Source of the DNA: Candidatus Bathyarchaeia archaeon | GTDB lineage: Archaea; Thermoproteota; Bathyarchaeia; Bathyarchaeales; Bathycorpusculaceae | Reading direction: 5' to 3' | NCBI GenBank assembly: GCA_037481775.1 | Contig: JBBFKZ010000001.1 | Span: 32,001 to 96,000, forward strand | Length of the DNA stretch: 64,000 bases | Shown here: in pieces, positions 38,782 through 49,446 of the stretch | Numbering within the stretch: the stretch's first letter is position 1 | Layout of the letters: every line of letters begins with the position of its first letter | The notes under the pieces: generated by a model | Told to the model about the DNA's origin: nothing | The model's database searches: none | Seen by the model: the letters and a program-made list of their open reading frames with translations, nothing else | Made by a program: the position numbers and the translations under genes

Positions 38782-39015
38782 CTACCCGAAACCGTTGGGC
38801 CAGATATTTGCGTGAGGCCCAACATTATACGGACTTAATGGTAGAAAAGTCCAGCCAATATATTGATAACCACTAGGCGTAAGAATTTGGTCTGTATAGT
38901 ACCCCACTTCACCATATACGGGTATCGAATTCAACCAAACTATCTCTATTGTTTCGAAATACATGATGGTATATTCCATGCTACTTTGATAAAAGTTGGC
39001 GGTATCAAAAATCAA
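38782..39015 (-). pseudogene. Probable remnant of a secreted protein gene
   Basis: Aromatic-rich ORF. The in-frame upstream hydrophobic stretch LSLVGITVLTVG is cut off by a TAG. AT-rich context. Confidence 0.3.
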
Positions 39016-39282
39016 ACCAACTGTTAAAACAGTTATGCCTACAAGCGATAACTATTGCTGTCAGACAGCACTAAGCTCGTAACAAAATCCACATAAAAAA
39101 ACCCGTTTTAATTATAAACTATGCCATTAGTCAGATAAATCTTGCAAAATTATCGTATCGGTTACTTCAAAAACGCTAACTATAATAACGTTGATAACAC
39201 AACAATCATAACAACTAACGCCCAAAAGGTGCTACTCAATTTGTCGCTCAATTCCTCGATACGCAACATGCATATTTTGACT

Positions 39283-39615
39283 TCAGTGAACTCTGCTTCC
39301 TTCTGCGGTATCCTTTTCAGGCTGAAGCACAACAACGTTGCCTTTGTCGTCTTCAGCAGCCAAAATCATGCACTGCGACTCTACACCCATTAACTTACGC
39401 TTTTGAAGGTTAAGAACGAAAACACACTTTTTGCCAACAAGGTCCTGAGGTTTATACCATTGTAGGAGACCAGCAACTGCTTGCCGTTTTTCCGTCTTAA
39501 AATCAACTAAAAGTTTTATGAGATTTCTTGAGCCTGAGATTTGACTTGCCTCTGTAATTTTCCCTACCCGTATGTCCAATTTTTGAAATTCTTCAAATGG
39601 AATATCCGTTCCCAA
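39283..39615 (-). CDS. tRNA-binding OB-fold protein (Trbp111/CsaA, MetRS C-terminal-like)
   Basis: FEEFQKLDIRVGKI and NL..RKLMGVESQ.MILAA. Confidence 0.92.
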   Translation of the reverse strand: MGTDIPFEEFQKLDIRVGKITEASQISGSRNLIKLLVDFKTEKRQAVAGLLQWYKPQDLVGKKCVFVLNLQKRKLMGVESQCMILAAEDDKGNVVVLQPEKDTAEGSRVH

Positions 39616-39748
39616 ATGCCTCCAGCATGTTTCAACAGAACAAGACCAGATTTGCAGCTTGCCCTCATATAATACTTTTGACGCAAAGCCATTAATTCCT
39701 AAGAGGCAGGCTGAAAAGGAAAAAGCCTAGAAGTAAAAAGAGCGTGGG

Positions 39749-40357
39749 TTAATCGATTTTTATAGATTCACCCTTAGGCTTTTCATCCTTCTTTATTGGT
39801 AAACATACTTCCAAAACGCCGTTTTTGTAAGTTGACCTAGCCTGTTTAACGTCAACCTTTGCGAGTAAAGCAATTTCCTTGTAATATTTGCGTTCAGCCG
39901 TATCAACAGAAATCGTCAGTGTATCTTCTGTGCCATGTAATTTGATGTCACTTTTTTCAACACCAGGCAACTCAGCGACAACTCTGATTTCGCCATCCAT
40001 AACAGTAACATCGACTAAAGGCTCCCGCTCGTTCCTGATGGCCACGCTCGTCCTGCCGAGTTTAGGTTGCGGCTTAATGTTACCAAACTCACGTATTTCC
40101 GGCGTACCGTCAGAACCAATCTTAATACTGTAACCATACACAAATGGACCCCATTCCTCGACCTTGGTCCCATCAGGCAAAACTCTTGAGCGCATGAGAT
40201 TTTTCGGCGCACTTTTGAAAAGCTCCTCAAATTCACTCCGCATATACTCAGAGATCTGTCTGAAATACTCGTCAAAGTCATCGAATATGCTTCTTGGAGC
40301 TAACGGCCAACCTCGACGTCTAAACCATCTGGAAAACCAGTCTTCTTCACTTGACAT
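39749..40357 (-). CDS. hsp20: Small heat shock protein Hsp20
   Basis: GPFVYGYS, AELPGVEK, YKNGVLEV and C-terminal IKI. AGGAGGTGA RBS before ATG at 40357. Confidence 0.93.
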   Translation of the reverse strand: MSSEEDWFSRWFRRRGWPLAPRSIFDDFDEYFRQISEYMRSEFEELFKSAPKNLMRSRVLPDGTKVEEWGPFVYGYSIKIGSDGTPEIREFGNIKPQPKLGRTSVAIRNEREPLVDVTVMDGEIRVVAELPGVEKSDIKLHGTEDTLTISVDTAERKYYKEIALLAKVDVKQARSTYKNGVLEVCLPIKKDEKPKGESIKID

Positions 40358-40403
40358 GCACTCACCTCCTTGACAGAAAAAGAAAGAAAAAGTTCGCAAA
40401 GTT

Positions 40404-42047
40404 TTAGAATTCTGATGGAGGCTCCTCAGGTTTCTTGGGGCCCTTTGCCTCTTTTTCCATGCCCTTTGCAGCAATGAGGTCATCGATTTTCAGTATCATG
40501 TTTGCCGCTTCAGTAGCCGACTTAATGACTTGCTGCTTAACACGCAAAGGCTCAACAACGTTCAGCTCAAGCATATTCTTAACTTTTCCAGTGTAGACAT
40601 CGATACCGTAGTATGGGCTAGCGTTACGTTCATGTTCCGCTCTTAACTCGACCATTATATCAATTGGATCAAGACCAGCATTCTCAGCCAATGTCATGGG
40701 AATGGCTTCTACGGCGTCTGCAAAGGCTTCTATAGCTAGTTGCTCTCGACCACCTACCTGAGGTGCATACTTTCGCAGCCGACGTGCAACCTCAGCCTCC
40801 GGCGCACCGCCACCAGCCACAATTTTGCCATCCTCAATGGCATTTCTGACCACGCATAGGGCATCATGTAGCGAACGCTCAGCCTCGTCCACAACATGTT
40901 CTGAGCCTCCGCGGATCACGATGGTGACTGCCTTGGGATTCTTGCACTCACGCACATAAACAAGCTTGTCGTCGCCAATTTTGACCTCTTCAACAACTTT
41001 TGCTTCACCAAGTGTATCAGGCGTGAGGTCCTTTAGACTTGTAATGATTTTGCCGCCAGTAGCACGCGCCAGTTTTTCCATGTCGCTACTGCTTATGCTT
41101 TTAACCGCAAGTATGCCCTTTTTCGCCAAGAAATGCAACGCCAAATCATCAATACCCTTCTCGCAGAATAGGACATTTGCGCCTGTTTTGCTGACTTGCT
41201 CAACCATCTCTTTTAACATGCGCTCTTCTTCATCTAGGAACAGCTTCATTTGCTCAGGTGATTCAATGTTGATTTTGGCGTCAAACTCTGTCTTTTCAAT
41301 TTCAAGCTTAGTGTTAAGCAAGGCTATTTTCGCGTTTTCCACGAACTTGGGCATCTGTGAGCTGGCAACTTCTTTGTCGATGACCATGCCTTTCACAAGT
41401 TCAGTCTCTTCTAAGCCTTTACCATGTTTCTTAATGATTTTTATTAGATCAATGTCTGCCTTTCGTTTTCCATCAACTTCTTCAGTAACTTGTTTTACCG
41501 CTTCAACTGCCAATTTCGCAAAGTGCTCTTTAGCAGAAGTTATGCCCTTGCTACTCATAGAAGTCAATGCTACGTTAACGAGCAGCGTATCGTCTTTTAT
41601 GTTAACTGGAATGGCGATGTTGTTTATGATCTCCTGCGCTTTATCAGCAGCCTTCTTGTAGCCATCGATAATCACTGTTGGATGTACATTTTGATCAAGC
41701 AGATTCTCAGCTTTAGCCAGCAACTCACCAGCTAACACGGCAGCAGTAGTTGTGCCGTCTCCAACTTCATTATCCTGTGTCTTAGCAACTTCCACAAGCA
41801 TTTTCGCCGCTGGATGCTGCACATCAAGCTCCTTTAGAATTGTTGCGCCATCGTTAGTTATCGTCACATCGCCAAGGCTACTTACAAGCATTTTATCCAT
41901 TCCACGTGGTCCGAGACTGGTTTTCACAGTCTCCGCAATTATTTTGGCTGCCAAGATATTGTTTCTTTGGGCGTCTCGTCCGGTAGTTCTACCTGTGCCC
42001 TCTTTTAATACTAAAACAGGAACTGATCCCGAAGGTACAGCGGCCAT
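40404..42047 (-). CDS. ths: Thermosome (group II chaperonin) subunit
   Basis: [25 protein letters not shown] and GGGAPE. Confidence 0.97.
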   Translation of the reverse strand: MAAVPSGSVPVLVLKEGTGRTTGRDAQRNNILAAKIIAETVKTSLGPRGMDKMLVSSLGDVTITNDGATILKELDVQHPAAKMLVEVAKTQDNEVGDGTTTAAVLAGELLAKAENLLDQNVHPTVIIDGYKKAADKAQEIINNIAIPVNIKDDTLLVNVALTSMSSKGITSAKEHFAKLAVEAVKQVTEEVDGKRKADIDLIKIIKKHGKGLEETELVKGMVIDKEVASSQMPKFVENAKIALLNTKLEIEKTEFDAKINIESPEQMKLFLDEEERMLKEMVEQVSKTGANVLFCEKGIDDLALHFLAKKGILAVKSISSSDMEKLARATGGKIITSLKDLTPDTLGEAKVVEEVKIGDDKLVYVRECKNPKAVTIVIRGGSEHVVDEAERSLHDALCVVRNAIEDGKIVAGGGAPEAEVARRLRKYAPQVGGREQLAIEAFADAVEAIPMTLAENAGLDPIDIMVELRAEHERNASPYYGIDVYTGKVKNMLELNVVEPLRVKQQVIKSATEAANMILKIDDLIAAKGMEKEAKGPKKPEEPPSEF

Positions 42048-42163
42048 GTCAAATCACCCCCAATTATTTTAAATGAGAGCGAAGCTTAACATAGCATCCC
42101 TAAAAAGAATAGCACTTAAATATAAACTTTTTTAATGTTCGCAGATTTTCCGATTGATTTACC

Positions 42164-42832
42164 TCAGCCCTCTCGATTGCTTTGAAGCAACAATCTTTCT
42201 TTAGAAGCAATCTTGTGAGCCAGTAGCAACGGTTCAGGAATTCGGCTATGCTTTACACAATGTTTAACAATGTTTATGGCTGTTTCTATGGATATGAGGT
42301 GGCCAACGCTGACGTAAACAGGTTTTGAATCTTTTTGTGTTGTAACAACTGAGCCTAGAATTTGACCTTTGTCAACTAAAAAAACATCGTCTCCGATTTC
42401 TGCAAGTTTACCAATCAGTCGACTTTTTGCCACTCCAATAGTAGGCTTCTTTAATACTAGACCTAAATGACTTGCAAAGCCACAGCGATATGGGTGCGCT
42501 ACGCCCTGACCATCGACAAGAACAACATCGGGCTGTAACTTCAGCTTTCTAATGCATGCAATCGCGGGCGGAAGTTCTCTGAAAGAAAGCAAAGTGGGAA
42601 TATAAGGCATCCTCACTGCGCATATGGCTGTTTGTGATTCCAAAAATGAAAGGGAAGCATAATCTAAAACTGCAACCGCACCTACTGCCATTTCGCCTGC
42701 ATAAGCGACGTCAACCCCTGCAACGCGATTAATTTTCTCGGGTAACTTGTCTTCACAAACGAGTTTCTTTGATAAACGTAACTGTGCATTATGCGCTCGC
42801 TGAACTGAAAAATTGTGCATAGCTAACGGCAA
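42164..42832 (-). CDS. nfi: Endonuclease V
   Basis: AGVDVAY, PYIPTLLSFRE, VDGQGVAHP, GVAKS and YVSVGH. Confidence 0.94.
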   Translation of the reverse strand: MPLAMHNFSVQRAHNAQLRLSKKLVCEDKLPEKINRVAGVDVAYAGEMAVGAVAVLDYASLSFLESQTAICAVRMPYIPTLLSFRELPPAIACIRKLKLQPDVVLVDGQGVAHPYRCGFASHLGLVLKKPTIGVAKSRLIGKLAEIGDDVFLVDKGQILGSVVTTQKDSKPVYVSVGHLISIETAINIVKHCVKHSRIPEPLLLAHKIASKERLLLQSNREG

Positions 42833-42863
42833 CCACTATCCATCAAACCCTATCTTAGAGTGA

Positions 42864-43499
42864 TCATTTTGCGCCATGTACTTGTTCAAAGCGTCTAAGA
42901 TAATTTTCAAGCGATTTCCTTCGCATTTCTTGAGTAACATCGCCACGCGTGCTCTCAATAACCTTTCTTGCAACATCACATTTTCTTCTAAGCCCAGGCA
43001 CAAGCATATAAGCTTCATCCATAGCCATCAATTCAACATAGATCTCATCCATAATTTTCAAACACTCTTCACTCTTCTCGACATCACCTTCACGCAATGC
43101 ATCCAAAGTTAAGCGCCTATACTCACCTATAACATCAGCCAAACCCAACACGTAATCGGCGGGCGGCACATTGAGCTCCTTGGGAGTAACAAACCGCGAG
43201 TTTTGAATTAGCTCTAAAAATATGTTAGCTTCTGCATACTCTTGAAGCGTAGCGCTAAACATGCCACTGTAGATGATGTCAGGATACTCATCAGCTAAAG
43301 CATAAAGTTTGAAAATTATTTCCTTCGCACTTGCGATTAGTTTTTTTGCGTCACCATACTTTTTTTGATGAATAAAAAGTATAGCCTGCTTAGAAAAACT
43401 ACTTGCTTTACGCATGTTTTGTTGTGCATTACCTTGCACTTCGTTTCTTTGAATAAGTTCTGTTTCCACTTCACGTAAAATAACTCGTAACTCTTCCAA
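42864..43499 (-). CDS. Translin/Trax (archaeal C3PO) family protein
   Basis: QEYAEA, YVLGLADVIGEYRR and LRRKCD. Confidence 0.9.
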   Translation of the reverse strand: MEELRVILREVETELIQRNEVQGNAQQNMRKASSFSKQAILFIHQKKYGDAKKLIASAKEIIFKLYALADEYPDIIYSGMFSATLQEYAEANIFLELIQNSRFVTPKELNVPPADYVLGLADVIGEYRRLTLDALREGDVEKSEECLKIMDEIYVELMAMDEAYMLVPGLRRKCDVARKVIESTRGDVTQEMRRKSLENYLRRFEQVHGAK

Positions 43500-43586
43500 A
43501 CTTTCACCACCTTAAAAACTACTATTGTGGCTATTTAAGCTATTTATGACTCTAAAAAATGGGAGATAAAAGAAATCGTGGAAAGT

Positions 43587-43787
43587 CTAAGTTTGAGTCT
43601 GTTCAGGAGCTTCCCATTTTTGAATAAGAAGTTTATCATCACCTATCCTAAAGCTTACTTTAACAAATATTGAATCTGAACCTTTAAAGGGGAACATGCT
43701 GTCTTCCGCCAGGTCTTTTGGTAGATAAATCAAGTATTTACCGTCCTTTCTCCTGAAAAGTCTCCCTCTTCCCGAACTAACCATCAT
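43587..43787 (-). CDS. Small AbrB/swapped-hairpin-like protein
   Basis: GKYLIYLPKDLAED...F...KLLI pattern and a GGTGGTGA RBS. Confidence 0.55.
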   Translation of the reverse strand: MMVSSGRGRLFRRKDGKYLIYLPKDLAEDSMFPFKGSDSIFVKVSFRIGDDKLLIQKWEAPEQTQT

Positions 43788-43938
43788 TCACCACCATTTA
43801 AACTAAATTTTTAATACAAAACTAGGGCGGTCAAGTACATATTTAAGCCTATCCACACGTTGCTTCCATAGGCAAATTATTAATCTTACCAGATATAACT
43901 AAAAAATTGAATCACTTGCCATTCAATTTTAAATTCTG

Positions 43939-44901
43939 TTAAAGAAATCCAAAACGAATAGGTTTTTCAAGTTTGCTTAACAGCACCACCCGACTTTCGA
44001 TAGCTTCATCTATAATTTTATATCCTGTTTTCTCTGCCAAAAGCGTCCCAAAATTGTAAACATCCTTGTGCTTAGGCATATGCTCGTAACTTAAACGGAG
44101 ATTTGAAAAACCAATGTGCATATACGCCTTGACTTCAACGTATGTCGGATTGGCTTTTTTTACAAGTTCGGCGTACTCCTCAACAGCCGTCATATTAAGA
44201 CCATTAACCAGTGTCATTCGAATTACGGTCGGGCATCTGAAACTCGCCAATAAACTGAGGGACTCATTTAATCTTGCCCAAGCATCAGAGAAATGGGGGC
44301 GGCAAACCTGCTTAAACACCTTTTCGTTTGGAGCGCAAACAGATATGTAAAGTTGAGTTGGCTCTTCGCTTAAATTCGCAAGTTTAGCAGGCATAGTGCC
44401 ATTAGATACAAGGAAAGTGGTAAATCCTTTGTTATGAAAAAGGTGAATAAGCTCGCCTATAGGATCATAAAGTGTTGGCTCGCCTGTCAAGCTTATGGCA
44501 ACATGCCGAGGAGAGAAGGCTTCCATGAGTTTCTTCCAGTTTGTGTTTGCGTTACCCTTGTACCCGCTTAAAAGTTTAGCTTGGATCTTCAAGCTCCCTT
44601 GAAAAATTTCTTCAGGCGAATCCCAATTGGGCAGGCGCATCTCGTCCCATTTGATTTTCAAGTCTCCACTCTGTGCCCGCCAACAAAATAGACATTGCTG
44701 TGTGCAGTAAAAAAGAGAAGGCGTCATTTGAATGCATTGATGCGACTTTATTCCATAAAACTTCTGCTTGTAGCAAGCTCTATCATGAACCAATGTCTCG
44801 TATAGCCATTTGCACCTCTTAACTGCTGAATGCTTACCTATAAGATGATACTTTTGTTTTTTCAACGCTTGCAGTAACGTTGAGGGAACTAAAGTCTCCA
44901 A
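43939..44901 (-). CDS. taw1: 4-demethylwyosine synthase (radical SAM)
   Basis: HSAVKRCKW, CYKQKFYGI.SH.C, CTQQCLFCWR, SLTGEP and EVKAYMHIG. Confidence 0.95.
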   Translation of the reverse strand: METLVPSTLLQALKKQKYHLIGKHSAVKRCKWLYETLVHDRACYKQKFYGIKSHQCIQMTPSLFYCTQQCLFCWRAQSGDLKIKWDEMRLPNWDSPEEIFQGSLKIQAKLLSGYKGNANTNWKKLMEAFSPRHVAISLTGEPTLYDPIGELIHLFHNKGFTTFLVSNGTMPAKLANLSEEPTQLYISVCAPNEKVFKQVCRPHFSDAWARLNESLSLLASFRCPTVIRMTLVNGLNMTAVEEYAELVKKANPTYVEVKAYMHIGFSNLRLSYEHMPKHKDVYNFGTLLAEKTGYKIIDEAIESRVVLLSKLEKPIRFGFL

Positions 44902-45143
44902 GATTTTTCACCGACTCAGCTCGATTGTTTATAAATATAACTATTAAAAACTATTTTATAAAATACTCTTCAACAAAGTAATAATAACATAATAGATTAA
45001 TCAGAGTCCTACCAGCCATAGCTATAAAAGATTATTGCTAAAAGGGTTATTCACTTGAAAGGCAAAGTTTAAAGCGCTCTCTTAATAGTAAATGTTCAAC
45101 CGTTATAAGGAAAACCACCAAACGTACAGAGGAGCAGTTTGAT

Positions 45144-47216
45144 TTGAAGAAAAGGATTGCCATATCTACAGTCCTAATCTTAATGGTTACAAGCTTTCTC
45201 TTACCATCGCTTCCATTAGTTCAGGGACAAGGCGGTGTGAATATTTACTTAGTCAGCCCTCAAGGGCAAGGTGTCGTAGCCCAAAACGTTAACCTACAAG
45301 GCACCATTGATACAAGCGATGGGAAATACGAAATTTGGTTTGGCGACAAACTTGTTGCCAGCAACAATTCGAAGGGATACAATGTAAACGCGAATTTCAC
45401 GATCCCAGAAATGCCAGGAGGCACTTACACAATAACGTTAAGAGATGTTGCCAAAAACGTAAACACTACACAGAACTTTAACATAATTCCCGCATATTAC
45501 ATTAAAGCAATTAAACCTCCATCACCGGTGCTTCTTCAACATGGAAACTTTGTGGTACTAAATGTTACTCTTACAGGTGGACAACCGAATACGCAATACT
45601 ATGCTAACATAACAGTAATGCTTCCAACGCCTCTCAACACTTCCTATTCAAAATTGATTACACTCACAAGCACAAGCCAAGGAACAGCCCAAGCACAGGT
45701 TACTTATCCCGCAACTGATTTCCAACCTTCAGGATCTCTCACCAATTATACAGGGGTATACCAAGTGTATTTCAATGAGACACAAAAATTGGCAACCGAT
45801 CAATTTTTCGTCGGCTTTATTAACTCAAGCGAATATCACAGAGACCAAACCATCATGATTCGTGCTGTAGGATATCAACCCAATGAAGCGGCAACAATAA
45901 CAATTACATACACAAAAACTAATAGAGAGGTACACTTTGTAGACGCATTTGCCTCAAGCGACGGCGTAATTAGCGCTACTTGGACAGTTCCACCCGAGGC
46001 GCCAATAGGTGAATACAACATAACCATAACGCCGCGCAACGCATCCAAACTTGTACTTGACTCGCAACTTTTCTCTGTACCAGGTTATCCAATCGAGTTT
46101 AAGATTTTAAACTTGGCTGGCGAGCTTGTACCTCAAATTATGGTTGAAGCAGCGGATCAAGTATCAAATGAGAAAATTAACGGCACGAGTGGAGATGAGG
46201 GAATAGCCATTCTAAACTTAGAGAAGGGCAACCATATTGTAAGTGCTTTCTGGAATGAGGTACAAGTTGGTAAGATAAACATTACTGTAACTGGCGCAAG
46301 CTCCTTTAATTTACCTTGTGAGTTGACAAATCTTAAAATAATTGTTAAAGACAAAAATGGAAATTTGTTGCCTTTCGTTAACATAGTCATAACATACCAA
46401 TATATTACAACGCAGGAAAGCCTATCAAAAACTGGTAGCGTCTCCGGACAAACAGGTCTTTCTGGCTCGTTTACTTTGAACTCCACTCTTACAGGGATAA
46501 GTTACACTATTAATGCGTCCCTCTACGGCAAGGTTTTCAACAGAGGCAACAACACCGTCAATACTCTCACAACACAACCCATTTCGCAAGTAATAATAAT
46601 ATGTCCAAGCCAAACAATCAGTTTGACAATATTCGACTACAGCAAGACCACGATTTCTAACGCCCGCATAGAAATGTTTGAAGCGACAACGGGATTATTC
46701 TATGGAGTTGCTGCCGACAACACTGGAACAGCTACTCTGGAGGCTACATTTGGCAAATACAAAACTCGAATTTATACAGATAACGTTTTGTTATATGAAA
46801 CCGTTATTGATGTCTTCAGCGACGCAAAACACGATATTTACTGCAGGCTCTGCAATATACAGTTAAAAGTGATGGTTGTTGATTATTTCGGGCAACCAAT
46901 TCCTAACGTAAATGTCCTACTTAAGAGTTTAGACAAGGGATCGTGGTCCGCGACCACACAAGAAGATGGAACTGCAACATTTAACAATATAATAGGAGGC
47001 AATATACAGATAATCATCTATCCAACCGGCTTAGAAAATGTTTATGAGGCACTAACTGATCAAATCGTTGAACCCACAACTGTACAGATTAAAATGGCAA
47101 AATATGCACGTTTAGGGCCGTTTCTATGTGAAAGCAACATATTGGCAACTTGCATCATGATCCTTGCGGTGATAATCTTGTTTGTGGTTTTAGAAGTTTA
47201 CAGAAAGAAAAAATAA
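45144..47216 (+). CDS. Cell-surface protein with tandem Ig/carboxypeptidase-regulatory-like domains
   Basis: Signal peptide, repeated 'V.D..G.P.PN...T...G.A' units, many N-x-T sequons and a C-terminal TM followed by RKKK. Confidence 0.75.
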   Translation: MKKRIAISTVLILMVTSFLLPSLPLVQGQGGVNIYLVSPQGQGVVAQNVNLQGTIDTSDGKYEIWFGDKLVASNNSKGYNVNANFTIPEMPGGTYTITLRDVAKNVNTTQNFNIIPAYYIKAIKPPSPVLLQHGNFVVLNVTLTGGQPNTQYYANITVMLPTPLNTSYSKLITLTSTSQGTAQAQVTYPATDFQPSGSLTNYTGVYQVYFNETQKLATDQFFVGFINSSEYHRDQTIMIRAVGYQPNEAATITITYTKTNREVHFVDAFASSDGVISATWTVPPEAPIGEYNITITPRNASKLVLDSQLFSVPGYPIEFKILNLAGELVPQIMVEAADQVSNEKINGTSGDEGIAILNLEKGNHIVSAFWNEVQVGKINITVTGASSFNLPCELTNLKIIVKDKNGNLLPFVNIVITYQYITTQESLSKTGSVSGQTGLSGSFTLNSTLTGISYTINASLYGKVFNRGNNTVNTLTTQPISQVIIICPSQTISLTIFDYSKTTISNARIEMFEATTGLFYGVAADNTGTATLEATFGKYKTRIYTDNVLLYETVIDVFSDAKHDIYCRLCNIQLKVMVVDYFGQPIPNVNVLLKSLDKGSWSATTQEDGTATFNNIIGGNIQIIIYPTGLENVYEALTDQIVEPTTVQIKMAKYARLGPFLCESNILATCIMILAVIILFVVLEVYRKKK

Positions 47217-47324
47217 GCAGGGCAGTTAAAGGTAAATGCACAATCATGAATTTTGAATAAAAAAGTTTATATGGCTTTCAAAAGAGATAAAGCGCGTGTG
47301 GGTGTATAACAACATCAAATTTTT

Positions 47325-47636
47325 ATGGAAAAGATAGAGGTGTATCTTTTGACTCAAACAAAAGCGTGCTCCCCTCTATGTCAACACTTTAAATGTGCTA
47401 AAAATGCTGCGTTCTACCGCCGTGACTCTGTATGGTGCAGATGGACTGATGATGCATGCAATGTGGCAAATTGTACATATGCACTCTGCATTAAAAGACG
47501 CTTGTTGCCAAGAGGGATCTGCGGAGAAACTGTAAAACGCAAAACTGTTGAAAAAGCTCCTGAAGAAATAATAGGACATTCAATAAAGCTAAGAGGAAAA
47601 GCTCTGCGCAAGATCGGAGATAAAGAACTGTTTTAA
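47325..47636 (+). CDS. Cys-rich conserved hypothetical protein
   Basis: CSPLC..FKC, WC.W..D.C...C.YA.C and C pattern (8 Cys). Confidence 0.65.
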   Translation: MEKIEVYLLTQTKACSPLCQHFKCAKNAAFYRRDSVWCRWTDDACNVANCTYALCIKRRLLPRGICGETVKRKTVEKAPEEIIGHSIKLRGKALRKIGDKELF

Positions 47637-47677
47637 AGAAAGCCGCCGCAAAGCAAAAAATAATTGCGCGATTTTCT

Positions 47678-47839
47678 TTATCTTGCCTGCACGCGTTTAA
47701 CTACTGGCGGTTTTACTTTCTTCAGTATTCTATAGCCACAGACAGTGCACTTTGTTTCGCCACCGCGAAGTTCCAGTTCTTCAGAAGGCACTTTTGAACC
47801 GCATTTTAAACACTCATAAACGATTCCTGTTTTTTCCAT
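47678..47839 (-). CDS. rpoP: RNA polymerase subunit P (Rpo12)
   Basis: YECLKCG...KCTVCGYRILKK.KPP. Start at MEKTG with a GAGG RBS. Confidence 0.93.
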   Translation of the reverse strand: MEKTGIVYECLKCGSKVPSEELELRGGETKCTVCGYRILKKVKPPVVKRVQAR

Positions 47840-47918
47840 TGAAACAACCTCTCTACAAAGGAAAAGTATTTTGCTTTTAAACGTTTCCGATGTTCTTTGA
47901 GTTAGCGAAGGGAAAAGG

Positions 47919-48767
47919 TTGAGAAAAAGATTACGGACAACTCTTGCAGAGGTTCTTTCCATTGAAGATGTAAGCAAAGTTTACAATTCCTTTGACATAA
48001 TAGGCGACATCGCCATAATCAAGCTACCTCCTAACACCTCAGAAAAAGCGCAAATTGTTGCAAAAACAATAATGCACATTCATAAGAATGTGAAAACGGT
48101 ATTATTGCAAACGAGCCCTGTGGCAGGAGACTTTAGGCTTCGCGGTTTAACACTGGTTGCCGGCGAAAACAAAACAAGCACTGTTCACAGAGAATTCGGT
48201 TGCTTGTTCGCTGTTGACGTTGCGCAAGCATATTTTTCTCCAAGACTTGCTCACGAAAGAATGCGCATAGCACATTTGGTCGAACCAAACGAAACTATAG
48301 TTAACATGTTCGCAGGCGTTGGCTGCTTCTCCATTATAATCGCCAAACATTCAAGAGCACTGAAAGTATTTTCAATAGATATTAATGCTGCGGCGTTTCA
48401 GTTCATGCAAAAGAACATTAGACTTAACCGAGTCTATGATAAGGTAATACCATTACTGGGCGATGCAAAAGAAATCGTCGATAGAAGATTGCTGCGGACT
48501 GCTGATAGAGTGCTAATGCCCTTGCCCGAAAAAGCTCTTGATTATTTGCCGTATGCTGTTTCCGCGCTCAAAGCTTCAGGAGGATGGATACATTACTATG
48601 ATCTTGAGCACGCAACCAAAACTGAACACCCAGCTGAGAAGACCAAGTCTAAGATAATTGAAAAACTTGGCGATTTAAGCGTAAATTTTGAAATACCGTT
48701 TATTCGAGTTGTGAGAAGTACTGGTCCAAACTGGTTCCAACTAGCTGCAGACATACATATTACTTAA
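47919..48767 (+). CDS. Trm5/Taw2-family tRNA methyltransferase lacking the D1 domain
   Basis: FDIIGDIAII, YFSPRL..ER, MFAGVG and DRVLMPLPE. Confidence 0.85.
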   Translation: MRKRLRTTLAEVLSIEDVSKVYNSFDIIGDIAIIKLPPNTSEKAQIVAKTIMHIHKNVKTVLLQTSPVAGDFRLRGLTLVAGENKTSTVHREFGCLFAVDVAQAYFSPRLAHERMRIAHLVEPNETIVNMFAGVGCFSIIIAKHSRALKVFSIDINAAAFQFMQKNIRLNRVYDKVIPLLGDAKEIVDRRLLRTADRVLMPLPEKALDYLPYAVSALKASGGWIHYYDLEHATKTEHPAEKTKSKIIEKLGDLSVNFEIPFIRVVRSTGPNWFQLAADIHIT

Positions 48768-48831
48768 CTACAAGAAGAAAAGAGAGGCTACATTCAAAAT
48801 AAACGTTTTATTGGCTCATGCTGCAAAAAGG

Positions 48832-49446
48832 TCAAATATACGCTTCTAAAAGAAAAAGAGTCTCAAAAAACGGCAAATCACGTTTCGCTAAAACCCGCGT
48901 GTGCATACGATACTGGGCAAATCGACGCATAGTTTCATTTACATCCGCTAGCGTAGATTGCATTAAGAAAACATGACCTGACTGCCTTAAATACTTCGGG
49001 ACATCGGAAATAAAACGGTCAATGATTTGCCGTCCTGTAGCACCCCCTGCCCATGCACAATTAATCCAAGAGTCACTTGTGCTGTCATCTTCTGGCAAAT
49101 AAGGAGCATTAAACAGTATCACATCAAACTTTGTTTTTTCACTTAACCATGTGAACAGGTCGCCTTGCACAATAGTGATTTTACTACGCACATTGTTGAC
49201 CTTTGAGTTATACTTTGCACAACGCACAGCATGTGGGTTTACGTCAACGGCAACAACATCTTGCGCCTTCTCAGCAGCCAATATCCCGAGGATGCCGCAA
49301 CCAGTTCCCATGTCCAACACGCGTTCGCCAGATTGTACCTTAAGGTTTTCGGCGAAAAGAAAGGAGTCTTCAGCGGGTTCGTATACATTTTCATCAACAA
49401 AAAACACGTAATTGTCGAAATAAACGCGTTTAGTTGGTAAGGGCAT
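48832..49446 (-). CDS. HemK2/N6AMT1-like (aRF1 glutamine) methyltransferase
   Basis: VYEPAEDSFL, LDMGTGCG, FNAPYLP and WAGG..GR. Confidence 0.9.
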   Translation of the reverse strand: MPLPTKRVYFDNYVFFVDENVYEPAEDSFLFAENLKVQSGERVLDMGTGCGILGILAAEKAQDVVAVDVNPHAVRCAKYNSKVNNVRSKITIVQGDLFTWLSEKTKFDVILFNAPYLPEDDSTSDSWINCAWAGGATGRQIIDRFISDVPKYLRQSGHVFLMQSTLADVNETMRRFAQYRMHTRVLAKRDLPFFETLFLLEAYI

